IMG/VR virus record: IMGVR_UViG_2639763197_000004
Coordinates: 1-64,000 of that record
Reading direction: 5' to 3' (one strand)
DNA from: a virus
Lineage: Duplodnaviria; Caudoviricetes
Length of the DNA: 64,000 nucleotides
Shown here piece by piece: positions 54,070-63,994 of the stretch. The position numbers and the translations under genes are program-made. The notes beneath the pieces were generated by a model. The model had not been told where the DNA came from and did no database searches. It saw nothing but the letters and a program-made list of their open reading frames with translations. Numbering within the stretch: position 1 is the first letter of the stretch; every line of letters starts with the position of its first letter.

Positions 54070-54492
54070 ATGCAGGATTTTTTGAGGGCTTGCGACACCG
54101 CCGTAGAAGAGGCGAACACCAAGAATCTCGCCACGTTGATGAGTATGCCTCCTGTGAGCCTGCTTCAGCGTGCCAACGCGAATTACGACAACGCCTGGTT
54201 CAACGTAAAGCACCTGTATGCCTTGCTGCTGCATACGGATGACATGCGCCCCTTGGCTGCACTGGCTGGCGAGTTTGGTTATTCGATCATGAAGACGGAT
54301 CAGCCTAAGGCTATCGACATTCATGACGCACTGGGGCGCGCAACCCTGGAGTTTGCAGAAGTCACCGTCGAGACGCATGCGGCGATGGCTGATGGTCGAG
54401 TAGACCAGGTTGATCGCGCCCGGATTCTTCGCGAGATCGATCATGCCGAGAGCGCCCTGGCGCAGTTGAAAGCCTCGGTGAAGGTGGCCTGA
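54070..54492 (+). CDS. CII-like regulatory protein
   Basis: Position after cro; A.ADGRV...E C-terminal motif. Confidence 0.7.
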   Translation: MQDFLRACDTAVEEANTKNLATLMSMPPVSLLQRANANYDNAWFNVKHLYALLLHTDDMRPLAALAGEFGYSIMKTDQPKAIDIHDALGRATLEFAEVTVETHAAMADGRVDQVDRARILREIDHAESALAQLKASVKVA

Positions 54493-54754
54493 TGTTTCGC
54501 CCGCACCCTGCGCGTCATATCAATCAGGTTCTCGATGAGGCCTTGGAAAAACTCGCTGACTCAGTGCCGGTGGAGGCGGGCACCCGTGAGTTTCATCAAT
54601 TCGCAGCAGAGAAGGCTGCGCTACTGGTTCGGCTTTCCTACAGCGATCCAGCCAAGAAAAAAGCCCGCAACGACTGCATGAGTCATTTGCGGGCTTCTTT
54701 GTCTCGTTCGGCTGCAACCGAAGCGAGCATTTCAAATATCAGGACGCATTAAGT

Positions 54755-55579
54755 ATGAGCAATGTCATCCCACTTCGCAATACCGGGGGATTTACCCGGA
54801 TGGACAACGACCTGTACGAAGCCTTGATAGGTGCAGACCTGTCAGGCCGTGAGCTGCGTGTCGCCCTGGCGATCCACAGGCTCACCAGCGGCTACAACAA
54901 GGAAGCGGTGAAGGTAGCGGCCCTCTACATCGCCAAGATGATGTACAGCGACGAAGACAAGGCTGTGTCTGAGCGCGCAAACGTATCTCGGGCCATCAAC
55001 TCCCTGATTCGCCAGCGGGTTTTGTTTCGTAATGGTGGAAGCCGTGATCCGATCACTTTCCTACCCGTCAACGAATGGAAAATTGACCATAAATCCATTG
55101 TGTTGAAATCTACACACTGTGTAGAAAAGACACCTGCCACTGTGTCGAAAATTACACACATAAAAGACATAAATACAAATCTAACTGCTAACGCAGTTGT
55201 CGCCGCTGACGCTTCGACCGGCGAGGATTTGGAATCTGAACCGGAACAGCAGGGCACCCCAGAACCTGATCAGCCTCCTGCAGCCAAGGTTGATCGAATC
55301 CCATACGGACGCATCGCTGAGATCTACAACACCGTATGCGGCGAGAAGCTGCCGAAGTGCCTGAAGCTCTCGAACAAACGCAAGAACCTGATCAAGGGCT
55401 GCTGGAACCTGGAGATCAACGGCGTTCATCCCTTCCGCAAGGGTGAGTTCTGGACTGCGTACTTCACCGATTGCCTGACCAACAAGCACTGGATCGGCGA
55501 GAACGACCGTGGCTGGACTGCTGATATTGAGTTTCTGACCCGCCAGGACAAGGTCCTGAAAGTGTTGGAGGCCCTATGA
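54755..55579 (+). CDS. Replication initiator, lambda O-like
   Basis: GFTR.DN.L.EAL..ADLS.RE; C-terminal NDRGW.ADIEFL. Confidence 0.88.
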   Translation: MSNVIPLRNTGGFTRMDNDLYEALIGADLSGRELRVALAIHRLTSGYNKEAVKVAALYIAKMMYSDEDKAVSERANVSRAINSLIRQRVLFRNGGSRDPITFLPVNEWKIDHKSIVLKSTHCVEKTPATVSKITHIKDINTNLTANAVVAADASTGEDLESEPEQQGTPEPDQPPAAKVDRIPYGRIAEIYNTVCGEKLPKCLKLSNKRKNLIKGCWNLEINGVHPFRKGEFWTAYFTDCLTNKHWIGENDRGWTADIEFLTRQDKVLKVLEAL

Positions 55580-56976
55580 TTACTGACCGTCCACTGGTTG
55601 CGATGGAAGCGGAGTACGGCGTTGTCGGCTCCCTGTTCATCAAGCCAGACCTGATTGAAACGATCGGCGCCATGGTTAGCCCGACCGACTTCTACGACCA
55701 AGACGTTGCTGAGATTTACACGCTGATCCTTGCCGCCCGTTCCGCTGGCCGCCCTGCAGACCCTGTTTCGATTGCTGACATTCGCCACGAACTGTCCAGC
55801 GGCGAACTGACCATGATTCGGGCCTCCGAGATCTATAACGGTGTGCCAAGCGCCGCGAACGGTCTTGAATACGCCCGAATCGTGGTAGAGCGATCCAAGG
55901 CCCGCAAGGTCGCGGAGATCGGTCAAGCCATCATCGACATGGCGAGCCACGCACGACCATTGGCCGGGATCATCGCCGACGCTCAAGAGGCCGTCCTGGC
56001 CCTGAACAGCGAAGACGACGAGCCGGATGTGATCAGCCTACGTGAAGCGCTCGGCCCGGTCGTTGACGAAATGGACGCTCGCTTCAATGGCGAGGGCATC
56101 AACGGACACGCCACGGGGTTGAAGGATCTGGACGAGTTGGTCCAAGGCCTGCGCGGCTCACACGTCATCATCATCGCTGGGCGTCCGGGCACTGGTAAAA
56201 CCACGCTGGGCCTGGGTATCGCCGAAAACCTGACTATCCGAGAAAGCAAGTCAGCGCTGGTGTTCTCGCTCGAAATGTCTGCCAAGGAGCTTTCCAAGCG
56301 CAGCCTGGCGTCTTCTTCGGCGGTAACGCTTGGCAGCATCGACACCGGCCAGGCCATGGGCAACGGCGAATCGATCACGCGCATTACCGGCGCCGTGAGC
56401 CGCATGCACTCTGCCGATCTGCGCATCTGTCAGAAGGGCGGGCTGCCACTGAGCCGCATCCGCAACATCGCCCGGTTTCAGCACCGCGCAAAGCCGCTGG
56501 ACTTGATCGTCATCGACTACATCGGCCTGATCGCACCAGAGGCTAGCTCTCGCCAGCAGAACCGGAACCTGGAGCTGGGCGCCATCAGTCGGGGCATCAA
56601 GGCAATGGCCAAGGAACTGGACATCCCGATCATCGTCCTGGCCCAGCTCAATCGCAGCATCGAGACGCGCTCGACCAAGAAGCCGCAAATGTCCGACCTG
56701 CGCGACTCCGGCGAGATTGAGCAGGACGCCGACATCATCATGATCGCCCACCGCGACGCTGATTCAGACCTTGGGCGCAGCGGCGTAACCGAGATCGACG
56801 TGGTGAAGCACCGTCATGCAGCAGTCGGCCACTGCCTGCTGCAGCACCAGGGCGAGTATGCACGGTTCGTGAATTACGCCGGGCAACGTGAGCAGCAGCA
56901 AGAGGCCGCCGCGCCAGCGCCCCGCAAGTCCTCCAAATCCCTTCTGAACGACTTTAACCCACGGGGTGGTTTCTGA
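55576..56976 (+). CDS. Phage DnaB-like replicative helicase
   Basis: GRPGTGKT, FSLEMS, IVIDY, LAQLNR, DLRDSGEIEQDAD. Confidence 0.95.
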   Translation: MITDRPLVAMEAEYGVVGSLFIKPDLIETIGAMVSPTDFYDQDVAEIYTLILAARSAGRPADPVSIADIRHELSSGELTMIRASEIYNGVPSAANGLEYARIVVERSKARKVAEIGQAIIDMASHARPLAGIIADAQEAVLALNSEDDEPDVISLREALGPVVDEMDARFNGEGINGHATGLKDLDELVQGLRGSHVIIIAGRPGTGKTTLGLGIAENLTIRESKSALVFSLEMSAKELSKRSLASSSAVTLGSIDTGQAMGNGESITRITGAVSRMHSADLRICQKGGLPLSRIRNIARFQHRAKPLDLIVIDYIGLIAPEASSRQQNRNLELGAISRGIKAMAKELDIPIIVLAQLNRSIETRSTKKPQMSDLRDSGEIEQDADIIMIAHRDADSDLGRSGVTEIDVVKHRHAAVGHCLLQHQGEYARFVNYAGQREQQQEAAAPAPRKSSKSLLNDFNPRGGF

Positions 56977-57479
56977 TGAACGAATCCAGACAGCAACAGA
57001 TTCTCGCCGGTCAGTCCTCAATCGCTCAGAAGGTTTTCACCCTCGTTCCCATCCAGGCGGCTTGGAGCAATCACGAAATCCACGGTGCCGCCCTCACAGC
57101 CAAGGCCACCGGCGCATCGCCCTACGCCATCCGCCGCGCCTTGGGCGAACTCAAGGAAGCCGGTCTGATCCGTGAGCCGGTTGGTGGCAAGTTTCAGCGT
57201 GACGCAGCGACCCCCAAAAAAATCAAGGAGCAAGCCGTGACCCAGGTAGCCAAACAAGCCGTTGTTTCGATCAAGAAGCCCGAAGGTGCCCTGGATGTTC
57301 TGGCCAGCCTTTCCGGTGAGGTTGTGAGCCTGGCTGATGATTTCAGCAGGCGCATGAAGGCGCTCGCCAGTCGCATCGAAGAGGTGGCGCTGTCCGTGGA
57401 GGTTGAGCGCGAAACCAACGCAGCGGCCGTGGGCAAGCTGAAACAGCTGCAGGAACTGCTGAAGGGGATCTCGCAATGA
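56976..57479 (+). CDS. Hypothetical wHTH plus coiled-coil protein
   Basis: Coupled ORF in the nin region. Confidence 0.6.
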   Translation: MNESRQQQILAGQSSIAQKVFTLVPIQAAWSNHEIHGAALTAKATGASPYAIRRALGELKEAGLIREPVGGKFQRDAATPKKIKEQAVTQVAKQAVVSIKKPEGALDVLASLSGEVVSLADDFSRRMKALASRIEEVALSVEVERETNAAAVGKLKQLQELLKGISQ

Positions 57480-58111
57480 CCGACTACACCGAACTGCAGC
57501 GTCTGGCCGAGCATCATCTTTCGCTTGGCCATGCCTACACGGTAGCAACTCCATCCGCAGTCCTGGCCCTGATCGCCGAGAACGATCGGCTTCGGGAAGC
57601 GCATGAGCAGATCTGCACGAATTACAACAAGGTCAGCTACGCGTCAGAAGAGCGAGGCAAGCAGATCGACCAGCTCAAGGCAGAGCTTGAACACACTGGG
57701 TACGACCACGACCTGTTGCGCAATGAGCGCGACCAGCTAAAGGCCGAGAACGAGTCGCTGCGCGACGATATTGAGCAGACCCAGTACGACACCAACGCTT
57801 GGCGCAATGGTGAAGAGTCGGTCTGGATCGAGGTCTTTAACAGCGAAGGCGATGACCCATTCATCAGCGCTATCAGCGGCCAGATTACCGTCGAGCAGTT
57901 GGCCCTGATCCAGGCTGAGATCCTTGAATATCGGGAGGACTATTTCGAGAAGGGTTCGGGACTTTACGTTTTCAGGTGTGCCCATCACCAGGCCCATCAC
58001 GACAACGTAGGCATGACTGAGCCTGCTCACTGGGAGACTGACTTTGAGTCGTATAGCCCTTTCCCATGGGAAGAAGAGGCCGCCGCCATGGGCAATGGAG
58101 AGCAGTCATGA
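57476..58111 (+). CDS. Ea22/Ead-like protein
   Basis: TDY.EL.RLAE...P..VLALIAE N-terminus plus coiled coil. Confidence 0.65.
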   Translation: MTDYTELQRLAEHHLSLGHAYTVATPSAVLALIAENDRLREAHEQICTNYNKVSYASEERGKQIDQLKAELEHTGYDHDLLRNERDQLKAENESLRDDIEQTQYDTNAWRNGEESVWIEVFNSEGDDPFISAISGQITVEQLALIQAEILEYREDYFEKGSGLYVFRCAHHQAHHDNVGMTEPAHWETDFESYSPFPWEEEAAAMGNGEQS

Positions 58112-58584
58112 ACCCGATCATCACTCACCAGATGCAACCGTGCGCTTACAGCTGCGTGTCGACCTGCATGGCAATGATCGTTGGCCGGCCGGCACAGGAA
58201 GTCATCGAAGAGATGCATCAGCCATATCGCGCCGGCGAGCTGACTTTGCGGCAGATGCTGGAGCGCCTCGGCGTTGAATACACGGCCTTCTTCAGTCTGG
58301 ACTGCCCACCGCTAGCCGATGAAGGCGTTTATATGTGCACGTCACCTTCGCTCAACATCGAAGGCGGCAACCATCAGATCCTGATCGAGGTTACCGACCA
58401 GGGCTACTTCGTATTTGACCCGGTGCAGGGTCGCGAGGATCGCAAATATTACGTGGCGCGCGGTCGCGGCGAGGGCATTCCGCTGGCGATCGACCTTGGC
58501 GGCTTCGTCGTCGACGCCTTTATCTCGCGTGAACATCTTTTGGCCCGGCGCGCCGGCGAACCTTTGACGGAGGTTGCAGCATGA
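58108..58584 (+). CDS. Papain/C39-like fold protein (tentative)
   Basis: Q.....SCV.TC.AM, later H and FDP. Confidence 0.5.
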   Translation: MNPIITHQMQPCAYSCVSTCMAMIVGRPAQEVIEEMHQPYRAGELTLRQMLERLGVEYTAFFSLDCPPLADEGVYMCTSPSLNIEGGNHQILIEVTDQGYFVFDPVQGREDRKYYVARGRGEGIPLAIDLGGFVVDAFISREHLLARRAGEPLTEVAA

Positions 58585-59096
58585 CCAAGCCTGCCAAGCC
58601 TCGCCCAATGCCCGTGTACCTGGTGCTGCGCCGTCTGGTCGACCCTGCCACCGGCAAGGAGGTGGCCGCTTTCGTGCCTTCCTCCGACGCTGACCGGTCG
58701 ATCCTTCGCGAGCGGGATTTCCGGATCAACACGAAGATCCGCGCCGACCTCAAGCAGCCGCGCAATCCTCGGTTCAATGGATTGGTCCACGGCCTGGGCC
58801 GGGTGCTGAGCCAGAACATCGAACGGTTCTCCGGAAAGCAGTCCCACGACGCAATCAAGGCCCTGCAGCTGGAGTCTGGCGTTTACTGCGACGAGGAGCT
58901 GTTCGACATCCCTGGTCTGGGCCAACTCACCCGCAAGACGCCGCGCAGCCTCTCGTACGACTCGATGGGCGAAGAGATCTTCCAAGACTTTTGGCGCCAG
59001 TGCTGCGCATACCTCGTGCTGCATGATTGGCCGACGCTCACCGAAGAGCGACTGACCGAGATGGCCGAGTTCGAAGCATTCAAGGAGGTCGCATGA
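58581..59096 (+). CDS. Conserved nin-region protein
   Basis: PRNPRF and PRSLSYDSM...F motifs. Confidence 0.65.
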   Translation: MTKPAKPRPMPVYLVLRRLVDPATGKEVAAFVPSSDADRSILRERDFRINTKIRADLKQPRNPRFNGLVHGLGRVLSQNIERFSGKQSHDAIKALQLESGVYCDEELFDIPGLGQLTRKTPRSLSYDSMGEEIFQDFWRQCCAYLVLHDWPTLTEERLTEMAEFEAFKEVA

Positions 59097-59692
59097 GCCT
59101 CCAAGCCAAACAACCCAAGCCAAAGACCTGCAAGAACCCAGCATGCAGGGCCTCATTTGTCCCGCAGCGCCTCGGTCAGGCGGTGTGCAGCCCTAAGTGT
59201 GCGCTGGCCACCGTAGAGGTGCAGAAGGCCAAGGAGAAGAAGTCGCTGGCCCAGGCCGGCCGCCGGGAGATCAAGGTGCGCAAGGAGGCGCTCAAGACTC
59301 GTGGCTACCACATTCGCGAAGCACAGCAGGCGTTCAACGAGTACATCCGCACCCGGGACCAGGCCGCCGGCCACCTCTGCATATCCAGCGGCAAGCCATT
59401 GGACTGGAGCGGTAACGCGGTAGATGCAGGCCATTACCGCAGCGTCGGCTCTGCGCCGCACCTGCGCTTCGATGAGCGCAACTGCCACGCACAGAGCAAG
59501 CAGGATAACCGATTCCTCTCCGGCAACGCGGTGGACTACCGGATTGGCCTGATCGCGCGCATCGGCCAGGAGGCGGTCGACGCCCTGGAATCCGACCAGA
59601 GCGTGCGCAAGTACACCGTGGATGAGATCAAGGTCATCAAGGCTGCGTACCGGGCAAAGACCAGAGAACTGAAGAAGGGGCAGGTAGCATGA
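59093..59692 (+). CDS. NinG/Rap family nuclease
   Basis: FN.YIR.RD, CISSG, DAGHYRSVG, LRFDE.N.H.Q. Confidence 0.9.
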   Translation: MSLQAKQPKPKTCKNPACRASFVPQRLGQAVCSPKCALATVEVQKAKEKKSLAQAGRREIKVRKEALKTRGYHIREAQQAFNEYIRTRDQAAGHLCISSGKPLDWSGNAVDAGHYRSVGSAPHLRFDERNCHAQSKQDNRFLSGNAVDYRIGLIARIGQEAVDALESDQSVRKYTVDEIKVIKAAYRAKTRELKKGQVA

Positions 59693-60270
59693 AGATCAAC
59701 TCAGCGCGCCAGGCGTGGCATGACTGCAAATACAACCCGGCCCCGGGCCAGACCTCTGATGTTGTGCAATTGGGCGTGGTGGTGCAGAACACCGAGCGCG
59801 GCCCTACGGCGAATCATGCGGTGCATGGGGCGCTGGCGGGGCATATCCAGTCGGCAATCGCTCGGCTACATCCGCAGATCCGCGTCTTCGGCGACTTCAT
59901 GTACGCCGCTGAGCAGAGCGACGACATCCGTGAGGCAGCCGAGGAGGTGGTATTCCTGGCAGTGCAGAGCAAGTCGCCACGCATGACGGCGGCCAAGCGG
60001 GAGAAGCTGGAGTATGTGGTGAAGGGCGTCATGCGTCGGTACCAGTACATGCACCAGGGCGGCCAGTCGGCCAACGAAGACCCGTTCGCCAATCCCGAGA
60101 AGTTCAGGGAGTGGATGTGGCAGTTCTACGGTGTGCGCCTGGAGTCGGTTCGATGGGATCGGGAGTGGGGTGGCTATATCAAGCTCGCATTCGAGTGCTG
60201 CGAGGATCTGGACCGCCGAGCGCTCAGCCCGGTTGCGGCGGTAATTTACGAAATGCGCGAGGCCGCTTGA
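59689..60270 (+). CDS. Late antiterminator, Q-like (by position)
   Basis: Last early gene before a promoter-terminator pair and the holin. Confidence 0.65.
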   Translation: MKINSARQAWHDCKYNPAPGQTSDVVQLGVVVQNTERGPTANHAVHGALAGHIQSAIARLHPQIRVFGDFMYAAEQSDDIREAAEEVVFLAVQSKSPRMTAAKREKLEYVVKGVMRRYQYMHQGGQSANEDPFANPEKFREWMWQFYGVRLESVRWDREWGGYIKLAFECCEDLDRRALSPVAAVIYEMREAA

Positions 60271-60277
60271 GGCCCTA

Positions 60278-60383
60278 TTGCGTTCCCGCTCGGCTGGTGG
60301 CATATTAGCGCCATCCTGATAATTTTGCCTTCGGCAACTTAATTACTGATCCAAGAAAACCCGGCCATCGAGCCGGGTTTTTT
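60278..60383 (+). promoter_or_regulatory. Late promoter PR' and terminator tR'
   Basis: TTGCGT-17 bp-CATATT; AAAACCCGGC-catcga-GCCGGGTTTTTT. Confidence 0.7.
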
Positions 60384-60706
60384 ATTGCTCAAAATTCACT
60401 GCAGCCAGGGCAGCCCTCGGGAGGCCTGGACGCTGATAAGCCGGTAGTGCAGCGCTACGGAAAAACACCGGCAGCCCGTGCACTCTGACCTCACATGCTT
60501 GTGGAGTGGCGCGAGACAGGAAGGGCGAGATCGATGCATTGGGGCGTCGACGCTTGGATTGTCTCTGGCAGACAGCGCGGAAAGACGCGCACACTTATTC
60601 AGGGCCTCGACATTGATCGGGGCCTTTTCGTTTTCGGCCCCGCCACACCCATTGCCCCGAGCTGGGAGTGCTGCCGGGACTGATTCAACTCGCAATGGAG
60701 AGAGCA

Positions 60707-61030
60707 ATGGCAGAACCAGCGAGCACAGCCGCCAGCGTATTGCTGGTGAAGTACGGCGTGGTCATGGCTGCATTCATTGGCTCGATCTTGTCTCTTGGCT
60801 TCCTCAGAGATCTGACTCGGGGCCAGGCAGCCGCAGCGGTGGCCACCGGCTTCTTTTTCTCTGTGTACCTGACACAGCCCGTCACTGGCTGGCTCGCTAC
60901 AAGACTGGAACTTGTAGTAGACGACAACCTCCTGTGCGGTGTTGCCTTCGTACTTGGCCTGACCGCCATGAACATCATCCCAGCCATCAAAGCAGTCATA
61001 GGGTCTTTCCCGACGACGCGAGGTGCCTGA
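60707..61030 (+). CDS. Holin-like membrane protein
   Basis: Three TM segments; first late gene. Confidence 0.7.
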   Translation: MAEPASTAASVLLVKYGVVMAAFIGSILSLGFLRDLTRGQAAAAVATGFFFSVYLTQPVTGWLATRLELVVDDNLLCGVAFVLGLTAMNIIPAIKAVIGSFPTTRGA

Positions 61031-61031
61031 C

Positions 61032-61304
61032 ATGAACAGCATCCTAGTTTCAGTGATGGGGGTATTTGATGCGCTTCTGTGCGTATTGGTGGCCCTGGCT
61101 GCGTGTGACTATCTTCGCCGGATTCGCCCCGTAGACCAGCCGCTTCTGTGTTCAGCCTTCTACCTGGTAGCCATTGGTGCGTTCGGCGCGTTCGTGACCG
61201 CCATCCAAGGCCATTGGGTCAACCCGTTCGGCGTGATGCTTCATGCCGGTGTGGTGGCTTATGCCTGGGCGAGACGCGGCTATGTCTTCGGCAAGGTCGA
61301 ATAA
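61032..61304 (+). CDS. Small multi-TM protein (holin/antiholin-like)
   Basis: Three hydrophobic segments. Confidence 0.6.
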   Translation: MNSILVSVMGVFDALLCVLVALAACDYLRRIRPVDQPLLCSAFYLVAIGAFGAFVTAIQGHWVNPFGVMLHAGVVAYAWARRGYVFGKVE

Positions 61305-61357
61305 TCCGCGCCACGTTTTCGAATGTGCCAAATCGTGGCGCGCAATTGGAGTAGGGC

Positions 61358-61600
61358 ATGAGCGACCAATCAGGCGAACACGTCCACTACAGGGATGATG
61401 GCCGAGGCCGGCGTTAGGTGATCATCGACGGCCAGCCCGCTACACACGTGATCTGGTGCGACACAAAGGCCGGTATCGCAGTTGTTGCCGACCAGCCGAT
61501 CAAGTCCACCGATGGCGAGACAGTCGACTTTCACCCGGTATGGGGTGAGATCAAGGTGATCCCAATTGAACAGGCCTCTTCCCCCGGCGAACCTGCTTGA
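61358..61600 (+). pseudogene. Small gene interrupted by an in-frame TAG at 61415-61417
   Basis: GGAG SD plus ATG 61358, 19 codons, TAG, then the same frame stays open for 60 codons. Confidence 0.55.
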
Positions 61601-62189
61601 GCTGTCCGATCTCTCCGACTTCGGTATCCGCCTGACGCCTGCGCCCGAAGTGTGGGAGTGGCTCCAGGCCGAGATCCTTGCTGACACCGGCAGCATTCAC
61701 AATGAAGACCATGCTCATCTACTGGATGCAGACATCCGGATCATGTGGGCCTCGTCTAGCTTCGAGAAGCAGGGTCGTACAATTCTAGGCCAGGCCGAGC
61801 AGGTAGCGTTCCGCGCTGGTGGCTGGCAGAAGGCCCGGATGGAACAACAGATGCGTGATTGGTTCGGCGATGTGCCGGCCTTCATCATCACCTTGGCTGC
61901 CGACTACTGCGCCCAGTGCAGCGACCTTGAGTTCTGTGCGCTCCTGGAGCACGAGCTTTACCACATTGCTCATGCCATGGATAAGTACGGTCAGCCAGCC
62001 TTCACCAAAGAAGGGGCGCCGAAGCTCGAGATGCGTGGCCACGATGTCGAGGAGTTCGTCGGTGTCGTCCGCCGCTACGGTGCAAGCCCTGACGTTCAAG
62101 CGTTGGTGGATGCTGCAAACAGTCCTGCTGAGGTGGGGAAATTGAACATTGCGAGGGCCTGCGGAACCTGTCTGCTGAGATCGGCCTGA
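61566..62189 (+). CDS. Putative phage metallopeptidase
   Basis: LEHELYH (HExxH) and HDVEEF. Confidence 0.85.
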   Translation: MNRPLPPANLLELSDLSDFGIRLTPAPEVWEWLQAEILADTGSIHNEDHAHLLDADIRIMWASSSFEKQGRTILGQAEQVAFRAGGWQKARMEQQMRDWFGDVPAFIITLAADYCAQCSDLEFCALLEHELYHIAHAMDKYGQPAFTKEGAPKLEMRGHDVEEFVGVVRRYGASPDVQALVDAANSPAEVGKLNIARACGTCLLRSA

Positions 62190-62220
62190 TTCTTGACAGG
62201 CTCTAGACGGATGAGAATTT

Positions 62221-62697
62221 ATGGCAGCCCTGAAAAATGAGGTTAAGAGCTTCATCGTTCAGGCGCTGGCGTGCTTTGACACCCCCTCCCAGGTGGTGGA
62301 AGCCGTCAAGAACGAATACGGGGTTGTGGTGAGCCGCCAGCAGGTGGAGACGCACGACCCAACCAAGTCTGCTGGGAAGGGGCTGGCGGTGAAGTGGGTG
62401 ACCCTGTTTCACGATACTCGTAAGCGATTCCGCGAAGAGACCGCAGAGATACCCATCGCCAACCGCGCCTATCGACTTCGTGGCCTGGGACGAATGGCTG
62501 AGAAGGCCGAGAGCATGCGCAACCTGGCGCTGACCGCTCAGCTGTACGAGCAGGCCGCCAAAGAGGTGGGCGACGTCTACGTGAATCGCCGCCTCGAACC
62601 TGAGAAACCTCTGGGCTCCCAAGCGGACCAGCAGCACGCCGTTGCTGAGTACACCTTGGAGCCTGATGAGAATGTCCCCGCTACCCCGTACCTTTGA
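62221..62697 (+). CDS. Terminase small subunit (DUF2280-like)
   Basis: FIVQALACFDTPSQV, IPIANRAYRL; precedes terL. Confidence 0.85.
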   Translation: MAALKNEVKSFIVQALACFDTPSQVVEAVKNEYGVVVSRQQVETHDPTKSAGKGLAVKWVTLFHDTRKRFREETAEIPIANRAYRLRGLGRMAEKAESMRNLALTAQLYEQAAKEVGDVYVNRRLEPEKPLGSQADQQHAVAEYTLEPDENVPATPYL

Positions 62698-63994
62698 CCC
62701 ACCAGTGAAACTGACGACCAAGCAGGCGAACATTTACTGCTGGGGCTTCCAGCCTGAGGCCCGCTTCCGCGATGCGGTGTGTGGCCGCCGGTTCGGCAAG
62801 ACGTTCCTGGGCAAGGCCGAAATGCGCCGTGCTGCCCGCCTGGCTGCTGAGTGGGGCGTGAGTGTTGAGGACGAGATCTGGTATGGCGCGCCGACGTTCA
62901 AACAGGCCAAGCGCGTGTTCTGGCGGCGACTGAAGCAGGCTATCCCCGAAGCATGGCGTGCACACCGCCCGAACGAGACGGAATGCTCGATCACCCTTAA
63001 GTCCGGCCACGTCATGCGCGTGGTGGGGCTCGACAACTACGACAACCTGCGCGGCTCCGGCCTGTTCTTCGTCCTGGTGGATGAATGGGCCGACTGCCCG
63101 TGGGCGGCGTGGGAAGAAGTTCTGCGGCCGATGCTATCGACTTGTCAGTACCAGATTCCTGACGTTGGTATGCGAAAGGGAGGCCATGCACTTCGCATTG
63201 GCACTCCGAAGGGCTTCAACCACTGCTACGACACTTATCTGGACGGTAAACCAGGTGGCGAGCCGGACCACAAGAGCTGGCAGTACACCTCGTTACAAGG
63301 CGGCAACGTTCCTCCTGAAGAGCTTGAGGCGGCACGCCGGAAGATGGACCCGCGCACCTTCCGGCAAGAGTACGAAGCCGGCTTTGAGAACTACGCGGGC
63401 GTCGTCTACTACACGTTCAATCGCGACGAGTGCCGAACCAGCGAGCGAATCAAGCCGGGCGAGGCGTTGCACATCGGCATGGACTTCAACGTCATGAAGA
63501 TGGCGGCCGTTGTCTATGTCGTGCGTAACGATTTGCCGATGGCCCTGGATGAGTTTCACGGTGTTCGGGACACACCGGAGATGATCGAGAAGATCCAGGC
63601 ACGATTCCCTGGGCACTCGGTGGCGGTCTATCCCGACGCCAGCGGGCAGAACACCAGCAGCAATAACGCGAGCGAGTCCGACTTGTCTCTGCTGAAAAAA
63701 GCAAAATTCACGGTGATCGTCGACTCCACAAACCCTGGTGTGAAAGACCGCGTGAACTCGGTAAACGCCATGTTCCTGAACGCCTACGGCGAGCGACGAC
63801 TGAAGGTCAATATCGACCAGTGCCCTCAGCTCACCTTGTGCCTGGAGCGACAGACCTACACCGACAAGGGCGAGCCGGACAAAGACCCGAAGAAGGGTCA
63901 TGACCACATGAACGACGCCGCCGGCTACTTCATCGCCAAGCGCTATCCGATCAAAGCGATCGTCACTTCTATCAAAATGGGATACGCCCGATGA
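62672..63994 (+). CDS. Terminase large subunit
   Basis: CGRRFGKT, VLVDE, IGTPKG, IGMDFN, DH.NDA.GY. Confidence 0.93.
   Translation: MSPLPRTFDPPVKLTTKQANIYCWGFQPEARFRDAVCGRRFGKTFLGKAEMRRAARLAAEWGVSVEDEIWYGAPTFKQAKRVFWRRLKQAIPEAWRAHRPNETECSITLKSGHVMRVVGLDNYDNLRGSGLFFVLVDEWADCPWAAWEEVLRPMLSTCQYQIPDVGMRKGGHALRIGTPKGFNHCYDTYLDGKPGGEPDHKSWQYTSLQGGNVPPEELEAARRKMDPRTFRQEYEAGFENYAGVVYYTFNRDECRTSERIKPGEALHIGMDFNVMKMAAVVYVVRNDLPMALDEFHGVRDTPEMIEKIQARFPGHSVAVYPDASGQNTSSNNASESDLSLLKKAKFTVIVDSTNPGVKDRVNSVNAMFLNAYGERRLKVNIDQCPQLTLCLERQTYTDKGEPDKDPKKGHDHMNDAAGYFIAKRYPIKAIVTSIKMGYAR

Noticed and set aside
216-63907. Many antisense and overlapping ORFs in the track
   Set aside because: Shadow frames of GC-rich genes without SD or motifs; only the Rz1-like ORF and the frameshift extension were kept
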